Positions 30,402 through 40,002 of a DNA stretch of 64,000 bases are shown here, in pieces; the first letter of the stretch is position 1; every line of letters begins with the position of its first letter. Source of the stretch: Desulfatiglandales bacterium (GTDB lineage: Bacteria; Desulfobacterota; DSM-4660; Desulfatiglandales; HGW-15); the NCBI GenBank assembly GCA_963667015.2, contig CAXXJJ010000004.1:3776001-3840000 (forward strand), written 5' to 3'. The translations under genes and the position numbers were made by a program. A model generated the notes under the pieces. That model saw nothing but the letters and a program-made list of their open reading frames with translations. It was not told the DNA's origin and did not search any database.

Positions 30402-33215
30402 ATGATGAATACAAAACCTGGTAATAAGTGCAAACTGGAAGATCTCATTGACATCAAACACTTCCAAAACCTTTTAGACAAACTAAACGTAATATATCCC
30501 TTTCCATCAGCAATCCTTGATAACGACGGCAATATCCTTACAGCTACTGCCTGGCAGGATATCTGTACAAAATTTCACAGAAAAAATAAAGAATGCGAAC
30601 AGGCCTGCATTCAGAGTGATAAGTATATTTTCGATCACCTGGAGGAGGCAAATCCTGCTGTTAGATATCAATGCCCCCATGGCCTTTCTGATAATGCTAT
30701 CCCTATTATAATAGACGGGGTTCATTACGGAAATTTTTTTACCGGGCAGTTCTTTCTGGATGATCCTGACATGGACTTCTTCAGAAAACAGGCTAAAAAA
30801 TATGGCTTCCCGGAGGAGGCATATCTTGATGCTGTAAGTAAAGTACCAGTCTATTCAAAAGAGCAGCTTGATAACTGCCTTGATTTCTTTAATGAATTAA
30901 TTGCTGTTATCTCAGAAAGTGGTTTGAAAAACCTGGTGGAAGCAGAAGCCAGAAAGCAGATAGAGGAGAGCGAAAAACGCTACAGGTCCATTATCCAGAC
31001 TGCCATGAATGGTTTCTGGCTGGTGGATATGAATGGTAATTTTCTGGAAGTGAATGATGCCTACTGTAAGATGAGCGGTTACAGCCGTCAGGATCTAATT
31101 AAAATGGGCGTTCCGGAGATTGAGGCTATTGAGTCTCCGGATGAGATCACCAATACCATTCAACGTGTTATTAAAAAAGGTCAGGATCGTTTTGTGAGTA
31201 AACACAGGCGCAAGGATGGCAGCCTTTTTGAAGTGGAAGTAAGCATACAATATCAGCTGGAGAATGGGGGCGGCTTTGTTACCTTTCTACGGGATATAGA
31301 AGAGAGCAAAAAAGCTGAGGCATCTTTGCAAAAGGGTGAAAAACTTCATAAAACCATCCTTCAGACCACGATAGACGGTTACATGCAGATAGACAAATAT
31401 GGGTATCTGGTTGAGGTTAATGATGCCTACAGTAGAATGAGCGGTTACAGCCGCAATGAACTTTTAATGATGAACGCTGGAGAGCTGGAGGCTGTTGAGC
31501 CATCTCCGGAGCTCAGGGAAAAAATTGACGAGATAGTTGAGAAAAAAACACATAGATTTATCCGCCAGCACAGGAAAAAAGACGGGAGCCTTTTTGATGT
31601 TGAAATAAGCTCCCAGTATCTTCCGGAACTGGAAGGATTTGTATGCTTAATCAGAGATATAACCGAGAGAAAACGGCTGCAAGAATCCCTTTCTGCATCG
31701 CTTGAAAGACTTGGCCTGGCAACAAAAGTTGCCCAGCTGGGAATCTGGGACTGGGATCTAAAAAATGATAACCTGATCTGGGATGATGGCATGTATTCTC
31801 TTCACAGGATACAAAAGGAAGGGTTAGAGAACCTTAATGAGTCGTGGCATAAAAGCGTTCATCCCGATGATCGTGAACATATTGTTAATATTGTCGACAG
31901 GGCAAAGGAAAATGATCTGGAGTATGATACTGAATATCGCATCTTCTGGCCTGACAGGACCCTGCGATATATAAAGGCTGTTGGAAGGGTTATTATTGAT
32001 TCAAACGGAGATCCGGTAAGGATGATCGGCGTTAATTATGATATTACCAGGAACAAGGAAATGGAATCACAGCTGCAGCAGGCCCAGAAGATGGAATCAA
32101 TCGGCACACTTGCCGGCGGAATTGCCCACGACTTTAATAATATCCTGTCCCCGATCATGATGCATACTGAAATGGCCATGGAAGACCTGCCGCCGGACCA
32201 TCCTTTGCAGCTCGGCATGAAAGAAATTTTTAATTCCTGTAAACGGGCCAGGGATCTTGTAAAACAGATTTTAACCTTTGCCCGCAAGAGATCGGAAAAA
32301 CTAATCCTGTTAAAATCCTCCCGGATAATTAACGATGCGGTAAAATTTTTAAGGTCCACCATACCAACCAGCATTAATATTAATTTTGATAACAGAACAG
32401 ACAGGGATATAATCCTTGCCGATCCAACCCAGTTGAATCAAATAATAACGAACCTTTGTACAAACGCAGTCTATGCCATGAGGAAAAAAGGAAATCTTCT
32501 GGAAATTGTTCTTGATAACGAGAATATTTCCCTCAACAAGGTAAAGAGTGTTTCGACTCTGAATCCGGGGAACTATGTCAGGATATCTGTTAAAGATAAT
32601 GGAACAGGCATATCACCGGATATTTTAGACAGGATTTTTGAACCATACTATACAACCAAGAAGTCGGGAGAAGGGACCGGTCTTGGCCTTGCTATTGTTC
32701 ACAGCATTGTTCTTAACTATGGAGGAGATATAACTGTTGAGAGTCAAGTAGGTCATGGAACTTCATTTCATGTTTATCTTCCATTAATTAACGAAGAAAT
32801 ACCAGGGATAGAAGATAACAGAATTGAGATACAGAAGGGTACCGAAAGAATACTTATTGTTGATGATGAAAAACCGGCAGTAGATATAATGCAAAAAATG
32901 CTTGAAAAATTTGGATATAAGGTAACTTCTACAATAAACAGCAGAAACGCGCTGGAAATATTTCAAAAAAACCCGGAAAACTTTGATCTTGTAATTACAG
33001 ATATGACTATGCCCGACATGTCCGGGGAAATTCTCGCGAAGGAAATAATGTCCATAAGACCAGGATTTCCGATTATTTTATGTACCGGCTTCAGTGACAA
33101 TATAAACGAAGAAAAGGCAAATCAGATTGGCATCAGCCATTTTATACTGAAACCGATTGCTATGAGTGAACTGTCAAAATGTATAAGAGACGTGCTGGAT
33201 AAGCTGCAAAGATAA
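30402..33215 (+). CDS. Hybrid histidine kinase (PocR-PAS-PAS-PAS-HisKA-HATPase-REC)
   Basis: PocR motifs ICTKFHR..C..SD and YQCPHGL; PAS repeats; LAGGIAHDFNN; C-terminal REC. Confidence 0.92.
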   Translation: MMNTKPGNKCKLEDLIDIKHFQNLLDKLNVIYPFPSAILDNDGNILTATAWQDICTKFHRKNKECEQACIQSDKYIFDHLEEANPAVRYQCPHGLSDNAIPIIIDGVHYGNFFTGQFFLDDPDMDFFRKQAKKYGFPEEAYLDAVSKVPVYSKEQLDNCLDFFNELIAVISESGLKNLVEAEARKQIEESEKRYRSIIQTAMNGFWLVDMNGNFLEVNDAYCKMSGYSRQDLIKMGVPEIEAIESPDEITNTIQRVIKKGQDRFVSKHRRKDGSLFEVEVSIQYQLENGGGFVTFLRDIEESKKAEASLQKGEKLHKTILQTTIDGYMQIDKYGYLVEVNDAYSRMSGYSRNELLMMNAGELEAVEPSPELREKIDEIVEKKTHRFIRQHRKKDGSLFDVEISSQYLPELEGFVCLIRDITERKRLQESLSASLERLGLATKVAQLGIWDWDLKNDNLIWDDGMYSLHRIQKEGLENLNESWHKSVHPDDREHIVNIVDRAKENDLEYDTEYRIFWPDRTLRYIKAVGRVIIDSNGDPVRMIGVNYDITRNKEMESQLQQAQKMESIGTLAGGIAHDFNNILSPIMMHTEMAMEDLPPDHPLQLGMKEIFNSCKRARDLVKQILTFARKRSEKLILLKSSRIINDAVKFLRSTIPTSININFDNRTDRDIILADPTQLNQIITNLCTNAVYAMRKKGNLLEIVLDNENISLNKVKSVSTLNPGNYVRISVKDNGTGISPDILDRIFEPYYTTKKSGEGTGLGLAIVHSIVLNYGGDITVESQVGHGTSFHVYLPLINEEIPGIEDNRIEIQKGTERILIVDDEKPAVDIMQKMLEKFGYKVTSTINSRNALEIFQKNPENFDLVITDMTMPDMSGEILAKEIMSIRPGFPIILCTGFSDNINEEKANQIGISHFILKPIAMSELSKCIRDVLDKLQR

Positions 33216-33255
33216 AATAAAAAAAGGGGATTATGATAATCCCCTTTTTTATTTT
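33214..33255. terminator. Bidirectional intrinsic terminator
   Basis: AAAATAAAAAAAGGGGATTAT-G-ATAATCCCCTTTTTTATTTT. Confidence 0.8.
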
Positions 33256-33330
33256 CAGATATATAGTGTTATTTCAAACCGCAAAACCTGCTTTTAAAGT
33301 TAAAAATAACAATCTCAACAGGTCATAAAA

Positions 33331-33468
33331 CTATGCTTCCTTTTTGCTGTTCATTTTGTAATCTTCAGGTTCAGTTTCTTCCTTTTTTTCCCAGCAGTTA
33401 TCTTCCCATTTTTTACAAACACCGCACTGATCTTCAATCATTCCATGTTTACATCTTTTTGCGTTCAC
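33331..33468 (-). CDS. Small Cys-rich protein, 45 aa (CxHG-x5-CxxC)
   Basis: AAGGAAAGGA RBS, GTG start; MNAKRCKHGMIEDQCGVCKKWEDNCWEKKEETEPEDYKMNSKKEA. Confidence 0.6.
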   Translation of the reverse strand: MNAKRCKHGMIEDQCGVCKKWEDNCWEKKEETEPEDYKMNSKKEA

Positions 33469-33500
33469 TTTAAATCCTTTCCTTATCCTCTATATGGGAT

Positions 33501-33537
33501 AAAAAAAGGGCTGTTCGTTTTGAATTGAACAGCCCTT
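33501..33537 (-). terminator. Intrinsic terminator in the leader of the small Cys-rich gene
   Basis: Minus strand AAGGGCTGTTC-loop-GAACAGCCC-TTTTTTT. Confidence 0.8.
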
Positions 33538-33674
33538 AAATTATTTAATTATACCTTCCCAAAGACACACGGGAAGCGTTATGCCGTTTGGCAGTGTTTT
33601 GAACCTCCGAAAAAACACATAATATTTTTTATTCGATGACTTCATAAAAAAACATTACCTTTCAAGAATTGAGT

Positions 33675-33703
33675 TAACTATCACTTGATCGGCAGAGTGT
33701 CAA
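33675..33703 (-). promoter_or_regulatory. sigma70 promoter
   Basis: TTGACA-17 nt-TAGTTA on the minus strand. Confidence 0.65.
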
Positions 33704-33792
33704 GTATACTTGAAAATATTTTAAAATTTTTCAGTCCCATGGCTTTCGTGGAATAATGGCATCCCCCGGAATCCATGGGAACCTCTTATAGA

Positions 33793-35856
33793 TTAAAACG
33801 TCATCTTCAGGTTAACACCAAAGGCAGTACCGGGCATGGGAAACCCATACACCTCCTGATAATCTTTATCTAAAATATTAGTCGCATACACCCTCAGAAC
33901 TATATTTTCCGAATAGGCATGCTGGAAGCCAACATCAACAGTTGTGAAAGAATCAAGATTCATGACGTTGCCTTCGGTCTTCCTTTTACCTACAAACCGG
34001 ATATCGGATGTAATAAGCGTATTGCTGAACAAACTGTACCTTATACCAAGGTTTGCCTTATGCTTAGGCGCAATATTGATAAGAACTGCCTCGGCAAGAA
34101 TCTTTGACTGGTCATAATGGGTTTTTCTGAAGGTATAATTACCAAACAGCGTCAATTTTTCAAACAAATTGGCATTAAATTCAAGCTCTGTACCGTAAAA
34201 AATCATTTCATCCAGATTGTAGCCATAGGTGCTTGCATTGTGAAATGAGTCGCTCGAATTGGCTACAATATAGTTATCTACATCAATATAGTAAAACGCG
34301 AGTTTTGTATCCAGGTTTTTCATGGGACGATGAAACAATCCAAGATCATAATGCCAGCTTGTTTCATTATGAATTTCATCTCCCTTTTCCGTTGAGCCAA
34401 AACTGGCCCATGCTGAACGGTCTCAACAACCCGGGACATGATAATCCTTGTTTACCGACAGATAGAGCTGTGTGTCATCCGTGAACTTGTATGTAAGTGT
34501 AGACTTTGGAAGGAAAAGCCTTGTATAGATCAAATGCCTGTACTTTTCCGTTGTTCCGGGATCTGCATATGCATAGGTCCTTTCTCTGACATGTGTATAT
34601 CTCAATCCGAGAAATGCGGATAATTTTTCGCTGATGTTCCAGGTATCTTCAGCATAAAGGGCCTGCATACGCCATACATCTTCTGTTGACCCTGTTTCCA
34701 TTCTGCGCTGGTCATAACCTGTAAGAACAGAATGACCATCCCAGAAATCCATCTGGTACTGAAGTCTGCCGCCAATCTGTTTTTCCTCTCTGGCAGGGCC
34801 ACCGCTGTATAGCTGTGTCAGGGCACCACCGCTCAGAGTGTAGTAATAACTGTCTTCAGCACCGGATGTCTCATATATCTGAAACTTAAGTTTTGATTTA
34901 TCAAAAGGCTGCTCAAAGGAGAGATCAATGTGCTGCGCATGTTTATCCTTGTAATTGTCTCCACCGGGAAATGATATTGCACGGTATCTGCGGATGGTAT
35001 CCGCATCTTCAGGTACAATAGGATAGCCCGGATACCAGACATTGGAATATGTACTGTCCGGATCATTTACTACGGCATAGCCTACGTTTATCTGGGAATA
35101 TTTTATTCCCAGTGTAAGGTATCCTTCAAATGGAAAAAGATAGGAAAGCCTCCCTGAATAATCATAGCCGTCATAATCGTTATTTAAGAGATATCCGTCA
35201 GATCTTTTATAGCCATAGTTAAAGAAATAGCCGAGGTTCTTTACGCCGCCATCTACTGCTATTCTTGTTGTAAAGGTTCTGAATTTAGAAAGATCATTTA
35301 CGAAAGTTATCTTCGGCTTCAATGTATCCTTTTCTCTTCCCTTTCTGGTAATAATATTGATTATACCGCCCTGGGAATTCTCATACTGGGCCGAAGCAGC
35401 GCCACGGATAACCTCAATTTTTTCAATATCCGCACTGGTCAGGCTTGACCAGTCCACATATGTGTCCGCACCTGCGGTAGGACCGGTTATCGTCCTCCCG
35501 TCAATTGCTATTGTGAACCTGCTGTCGTCAAAACCCCTCATTAATACCATGGTCTGAGGATCTGCACCGGATGAGCCTCTCAAAACATCAATACCGGTGA
35601 GGTGCATCAGAATGTCTTCAACCCGTTCAACCGCCCCGCTCTTATCAAATGCCTCAATATCGATAACAGTTTTTGTAGGGGTAATTTTAACGGCCCCGCC
35701 ATGAAAGGCGGTAACAACTACCTCATCAAGTGTAAATTCATCCTCATTAAGGCAATCTCGATCCGGACATTCATCGTCAAACTGCCCAAAGGCAACCGGG
35801 CATGTCAGGAATAAGAGTGCACATAAGAAGAATATCAGCCTCCTAATACAATACAT
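33793..35856 (-). CDS. TonB-dependent receptor, predicted selenoprotein (UGA at 34423-34425 read as Sec), 687 aa
   Basis: TonB box DEVVVTA, plug motifs RGFD...IDG and IEKIEVIRGAASAQY, C-terminal F. Track ORFs 34423..35856 and 33793..34338 are in one frame, joined by HVPGC-UGA-DRSAWASFGSTEKGDEIHNETSWHYDLGL; SECIS-like hairpin follows. Confidence 0.88.
34387..34420 (-). promoter_or_regulatory. Putative SECIS element of the TonB-dependent receptor
   Basis: UGA-GA-CCGU-UCAGCA-UGGGCCA-GUUU-UGGCUCA-ACGG; loop starts with GU, 19 nt after UGA. Confidence 0.75.
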
Positions 35857-35880
35857 TAATAATAGCTCCTTTCTCTTTTT

Positions 35881-36837
35881 TTAATTTTCCGGCAGAAAAC
35901 TGTAATCCACTATCTTGTCTATAGATACCTTTTCCGGCAGATAGCCTATCTCCCGCATTATTGCCTGCTGGCGGTAGATGTTCTCTTCCGGTTCCCTGCC
36001 GTCACTGTATTCCCTGAGAGCAGACTTCATGGCCACCTCCATTTCCACTCCCGTATATTTTGGAATCCATTTTCTGGCTTTTTTTTCATTGGCCTTAATA
36101 TATTCAAAGGCCTTTATTAGTCCCCTTAAAAAGGCCCTCGCCTTTTCGGGATTTTTCTTCAGGTATTTATCGGTAAAAAACAATCCGCTGAAAACATACC
36201 CCGGTATTGCATCGTTAAATGATGTCAATAGCCTGCTCGCACCATGCACCTCCAGCATGGTCGCTGTAGGGTCTCAGGCAACTATTACATCAACACCCTT
36301 TGACCTTAAGGCTGCTTCGTGTTTCATGGAATCGTCAAGTTTGATTCCCTTGATTGCCCGGATATCATCTTTTTCCAGGCCGGCCTTTTTTAGTGTTTCA
36401 TTAAGAATCATGGCTGTTGTAATGGAACCGGATTCTGCGATCCTTTTCCCCTTCAGGTCCTCTATATTTTGAATATTGCTTTTCTGGTCAACATGAAGAC
36501 CGCATCTTGTGCCCTTGTGTGAGTGCCCCAGCCAGGCAACGACCTTTACAGGGATATTTCTCAAGCCTGCATGAAAGGCCCCTCCCAGGTCCAGGTGCCC
36601 GGCATCGATATCTTCATGTAATGCCGCTGCAATTATGTTGTGTTCACCAACAAGTCTGACCAGTTCAACCTTGAGGCCTTCCTTTTCCCAAAGGCCTTCT
36701 TCAAGGGCCACATACAAAGGGAGGTCATCAATACCGCGGCTGTATGTTATCTTCATGACATCATCAGCGCTCAATAAACTGGAAAAGAAAACGAGTGCTA
36801 TAAATGTAACCAGAATCGATAAATTCTTCTTTTTCAT
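35881..36837 (-). CDS. ABC substrate-binding protein (SsuA/TauA/NMT1 family), predicted selenoprotein (UGA at 36274-36276), 318 aa
   Basis: Signal peptide, LPLYVALEEG, DLKGKRIA, FLRGLIKA. Two track ORFs in one frame, joined by GVDVIVA-UGA-DPTAT-MLEVHG; SECIS-like hairpin follows. Confidence 0.88.
36232..36270 (-). promoter_or_regulatory. Putative SECIS element of the substrate-binding protein
   Basis: UGA-GAC-CCU-ACA-GC-G-ACCAUGC-UGGAGGU-GCAUGGU-GC-GAGC-AGG; 7-bp upper stem, loop 19 nt after UGA. Confidence 0.75.
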
Positions 36838-36880
36838 ATTTTTTCCTTAAACCTTATACCTTAAACCGCAAACCGTGCTT

Positions 36881-37657
36881 TTACGCCGATGTCTCAGCAA
36901 AAGAGGCATCCGTGTGCCATGAAAGAGCCTTTTTCTGGACCCATCTTGCTATTCTGTCCAACCCGAAACCCATAAGCGAAATTACAATAATACCGGCAAA
37001 CATCCTTTCTGTTGCAAACACCCTCTGGGCATCTATAACAAGAAACCCTATGCCCGAATCTGCAGCAAGCATCTCAACACCGACTATCGCCGTCATGGAC
37101 ATGGCTGTTGAAACTCTCATACCAGTTATAATCATAGGGAGGGCAGAGGGAATCAGAACCATTGTCCATATCTGGCGACCCCTTGCGCCAAGGGATCTTG
37201 CTGCCTGGATAAGGCGTGAATCAACTCCCTTTATCCCTGCGATGGTGTTCAGGACTATCGGGAAGAAACAGGCCTTTACTATAATGGCTGTTTTAGACCC
37301 GTTACCGATCCCGAACCATACAAACATTATGGGTACAAGGGCGAAGGTTGAGATTGGCCTGATGAGTTCAATAAGGGGATCAATGATTGTTTCACACACC
37401 CTTGACCATGCAACAAGCACCCCGATAGTAAGCCCCAGTACCGCCGCTATCAAATAGCCGCAGACAGCCCTGACAATACTTATCCCAATGTGCGGAAATA
37501 TCTCTCCGGATGCGGTCATTTCCCACAGACTCTTCAGCATGGCACTTGGTGCAGGAAAAAAGAACGGGTCGATAAGCCCACTGCGGCCAATAAGTTCAAA
37601 AATAACTAAAAGGCTTAAAGGGGAAATGAATTTTGAATACCGTTTCAGGGTGCTCAT
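36881..37657 (-). CDS. ABC importer permease (SsuC/TauC family)
   Basis: FPAPS, LIRPIS.FALVP, AARSLGA (EAA loop), VGVEML; ATGA overlap with the ATPase stop. Confidence 0.92.
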   Translation of the reverse strand: MSTLKRYSKFISPLSLLVIFELIGRSGLIDPFFFPAPSAMLKSLWEMTASGEIFPHIGISIVRAVCGYLIAAVLGLTIGVLVAWSRVCETIIDPLIELIRPISTFALVPIMFVWFGIGNGSKTAIIVKACFFPIVLNTIAGIKGVDSRLIQAARSLGARGRQIWTMVLIPSALPMIITGMRVSTAMSMTAIVGVEMLAADSGIGFLVIDAQRVFATERMFAGIIVISLMGFGLDRIARWVQKKALSWHTDASFAETSA

Positions 37658-38412
37658 TCCACCATTACCTCGGACCATATAATTCCCCTTATCTCTTTCT
37701 CATATTCCTTGAATTCAGGAGAAAAGAGCGTCTCCCTTATTCTCGGTCTCGGCAGATCAATCCTCATATCCGATATAATCCTGCCGGGTCTTGAACTCAT
37801 AATTACAACCCTGTCGGACAGAAAAACCGCCTCTGAAATGCTGTGAGTTACAAACAGTACAGTACACTTTTCCATCTGCCATATACGTAAAAGCTCTGCC
37901 TGGAGCATCTCCCGTGTCAGAGCGTCCAGTGCACCGAAGGGTTCGTCCATAAGCAGAACATCGGGATTATTTGCAAGTGCCCTGGCAATGGCCACCCTCT
38001 GTTTCATCCCGCCGCTCAGTTCATGGGGATACCGGTTTTCAAACCCCTGCAGGCCCACAAGGCTGATATAGTGATCAATGATTTTTTTACGTTCATGAGC
38101 AGGGACACCATTTACCCTGGGTCCGAATTCAATATTTTTTCCTACTGTCTGCCATGGAAAGAGCAGATATTCCTGAAAAACAATTGCACGTTTAGGATCA
38201 GGGCCGGTCACGGCCCTGCCATCACAATGAACTTCTCCTGATGTAAGGCTTTCGAGCCCTGCTACAATGAGAAGAAAGGTCGACTTTCCGCACCCGCTGG
38301 GGCCTATTATAGAAACAAACTCGTTGTTTCCTACAGAAAGATCCAGGTTTTCCAGTGCGACCACCTTTGCACGCCGGTTAAATTCCTTTGAGACGCCTCT
38401 GGCAACTATCAA
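37654..38412 (-). CDS. ABC importer ATP-binding protein (SsuB/TauB family)
   Basis: GPSGCGKST, LSGGMKQR, MDEPFGALD, VTHS. Confidence 0.94.
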   Translation of the reverse strand: MIVARGVSKEFNRRAKVVALENLDLSVGNNEFVSIIGPSGCGKSTFLLIVAGLESLTSGEVHCDGRAVTGPDPKRAIVFQEYLLFPWQTVGKNIEFGPRVNGVPAHERKKIIDHYISLVGLQGFENRYPHELSGGMKQRVAIARALANNPDVLLMDEPFGALDALTREMLQAELLRIWQMEKCTVLFVTHSISEAVFLSDRVVIMSSRPGRIISDMRIDLPRPRIRETLFSPEFKEYEKEIRGIIWSEVMVE

Positions 38413-38419
38413 AACCGGT

Positions 38420-39574
38420 TTATCTCCCTGCCCTTAACTGTTCCATGAAACCTTCGATTCGCAGCCTTAACTGGCCTGCATCAGACTGTGAATAATCCGT
38501 AACAATATGAAGAAAAGGCAGGCCATGTTTTTCCTTAACAAGTTCGCCAACACGATAGGATTCAATATTAAAGGTATGGCATGACTGCCATGTAAGGTCT
38601 ATTACACCGTCAATATTGAACTCACTGATCATGTAGTCTATATCATCAAACCTCTGATTATTAGGTGTCATACATGAACAGGTAACCCTTAAATAACGGT
38701 CTGCAATTGCATCAAGGGGATCCGTTTCCGTATCAATGGGGTCGTTCAGCCTTGTATATCCGCCGCAACCTTCCTGAGCCACAACAACTCCGCCCAGCTC
38801 CTCAACCATCCTTAAAACCTTATCGCATCCAAGGCTGTTTCCAAGCCCTGTCCAGAGTATTCTGGGCCTGCTCCTGTCGCAGGCATATTCCTGATTCACT
38901 AATCGCCGGTTAAGTTCATTCAATACATCCGATAATCTGGAGGTATATGTGGAACGGTCTATGGAATAACCCATTTTGGTGGTAAGAGACACCAGGTCCA
39001 GCCCCATGATTGGCGGAGGAGAAGATTTTCTGCACTGGTGGATTGCCTTTAGAAGAGCCCTTTCCCTGTTTCCCTGTTCAATTGCCTTTGAAAGCGCATC
39101 ATTCGTTATTTTCGTATCAAGCTGATCCTCAAGGAAGCATTTCATTTTTTCCACTTCACGGCGCCAGTGAGCCTGTGCTTCCTGATCATCAGGCTTTTGA
39201 GGAAGATCCATCACATGCATGGGTTTGTACCTTGATAAAAGCTCATACATCTTTTTTCTTCCGTCACATGTGGTTTCGCTTACGATACAGTCTGCAAGGG
39301 GGAAAATAGGACAGGAATTATTGACAGCCCTTCCGTATGTAGCTTTCACCATTGGGCATTGATCCGCGGGGAGAACCTGTTCGGCCGCCTCAATTGGCCC
39401 CTCGGTCGTCCCGCACAGACCGACAGTAACAGCGCCTGCGGCCCAGGCAATTTCTCTGGGAAAATAGGAACAGAGAGAACCTACAACTTTTTTGCCCTCA
39501 TCCTTTGCCATTTCAAGCTGCTGAGCGAAATCCGTCTTAACTTCATCAATTTTTTCTTTTACAGTCAGGTCCAT
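38420..39574 (-). CDS. Double-cubane-cluster-type anaerobic reductase (2-hydroxyacyl-CoA dehydratase D/HgdB family)
   Basis: LCSY, LCGT, CPMVKA.YG, CPIF, TTCDGRKK, EGCGG, CSCMTPN, QSCHTFNIE, TDYSQSDAGQLRLRIEGF. Confidence 0.85.
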   Translation of the reverse strand: MDLTVKEKIDEVKTDFAQQLEMAKDEGKKVVGSLCSYFPREIAWAAGAVTVGLCGTTEGPIEAAEQVLPADQCPMVKATYGRAVNNSCPIFPLADCIVSETTCDGRKKMYELLSRYKPMHVMDLPQKPDDQEAQAHWRREVEKMKCFLEDQLDTKITNDALSKAIEQGNRERALLKAIHQCRKSSPPPIMGLDLVSLTTKMGYSIDRSTYTSRLSDVLNELNRRLVNQEYACDRSRPRILWTGLGNSLGCDKVLRMVEELGGVVVAQEGCGGYTRLNDPIDTETDPLDAIADRYLRVTCSCMTPNNQRFDDIDYMISEFNIDGVIDLTWQSCHTFNIESYRVGELVKEKHGLPFLHIVTDYSQSDAGQLRLRIEGFMEQLRAGR

Positions 39575-39658
39575 GAACAATCCTCGCTTCCACATTCTTT
39601 TTCAGAGACAACTGGTATCTATATTTTTGAAGTGCACACTATTCAGGAAAAGTCAATG

Positions 39659-39892
39659 TGTCAAACTGGATTTTCCTATATATGACAAGCTTATGGTCGG
39701 GCAAACCGATATTTGACATATTCTGTGATTTTTTTTTCTATTTAATAGACAATATGTCCTGATCAATCTAATTTACATGAAATATGACTTTAATGCTGCA
39801 AACAGCAAACTAAATATAGATAGTTTAAGATCAACCACCTAAAGGATTTTCCTATATATAATACAAAATTCATCGCTTATACCAGTTTGACA
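39659..39892. promoter_or_regulatory. Divergent promoter region with repeated motifs
   Basis: GGATTTTCCTATATAT at 39668-39683 and 39844-39859; CCAGTTTGACA (containing a -35) on each strand at 39659-39669 and 39882-39892. Confidence 0.6.
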
Positions 39893-40002
39893 TACCTAGC
39901 TTTCTTAACTAGATCTTATTTACTTTTAAGGATTAAACATAACTTAATCAAAAGAATTAAAAATCGATGAATGATTAATCTTTTTTCCTAAAGGAGGAGA
40001 AA

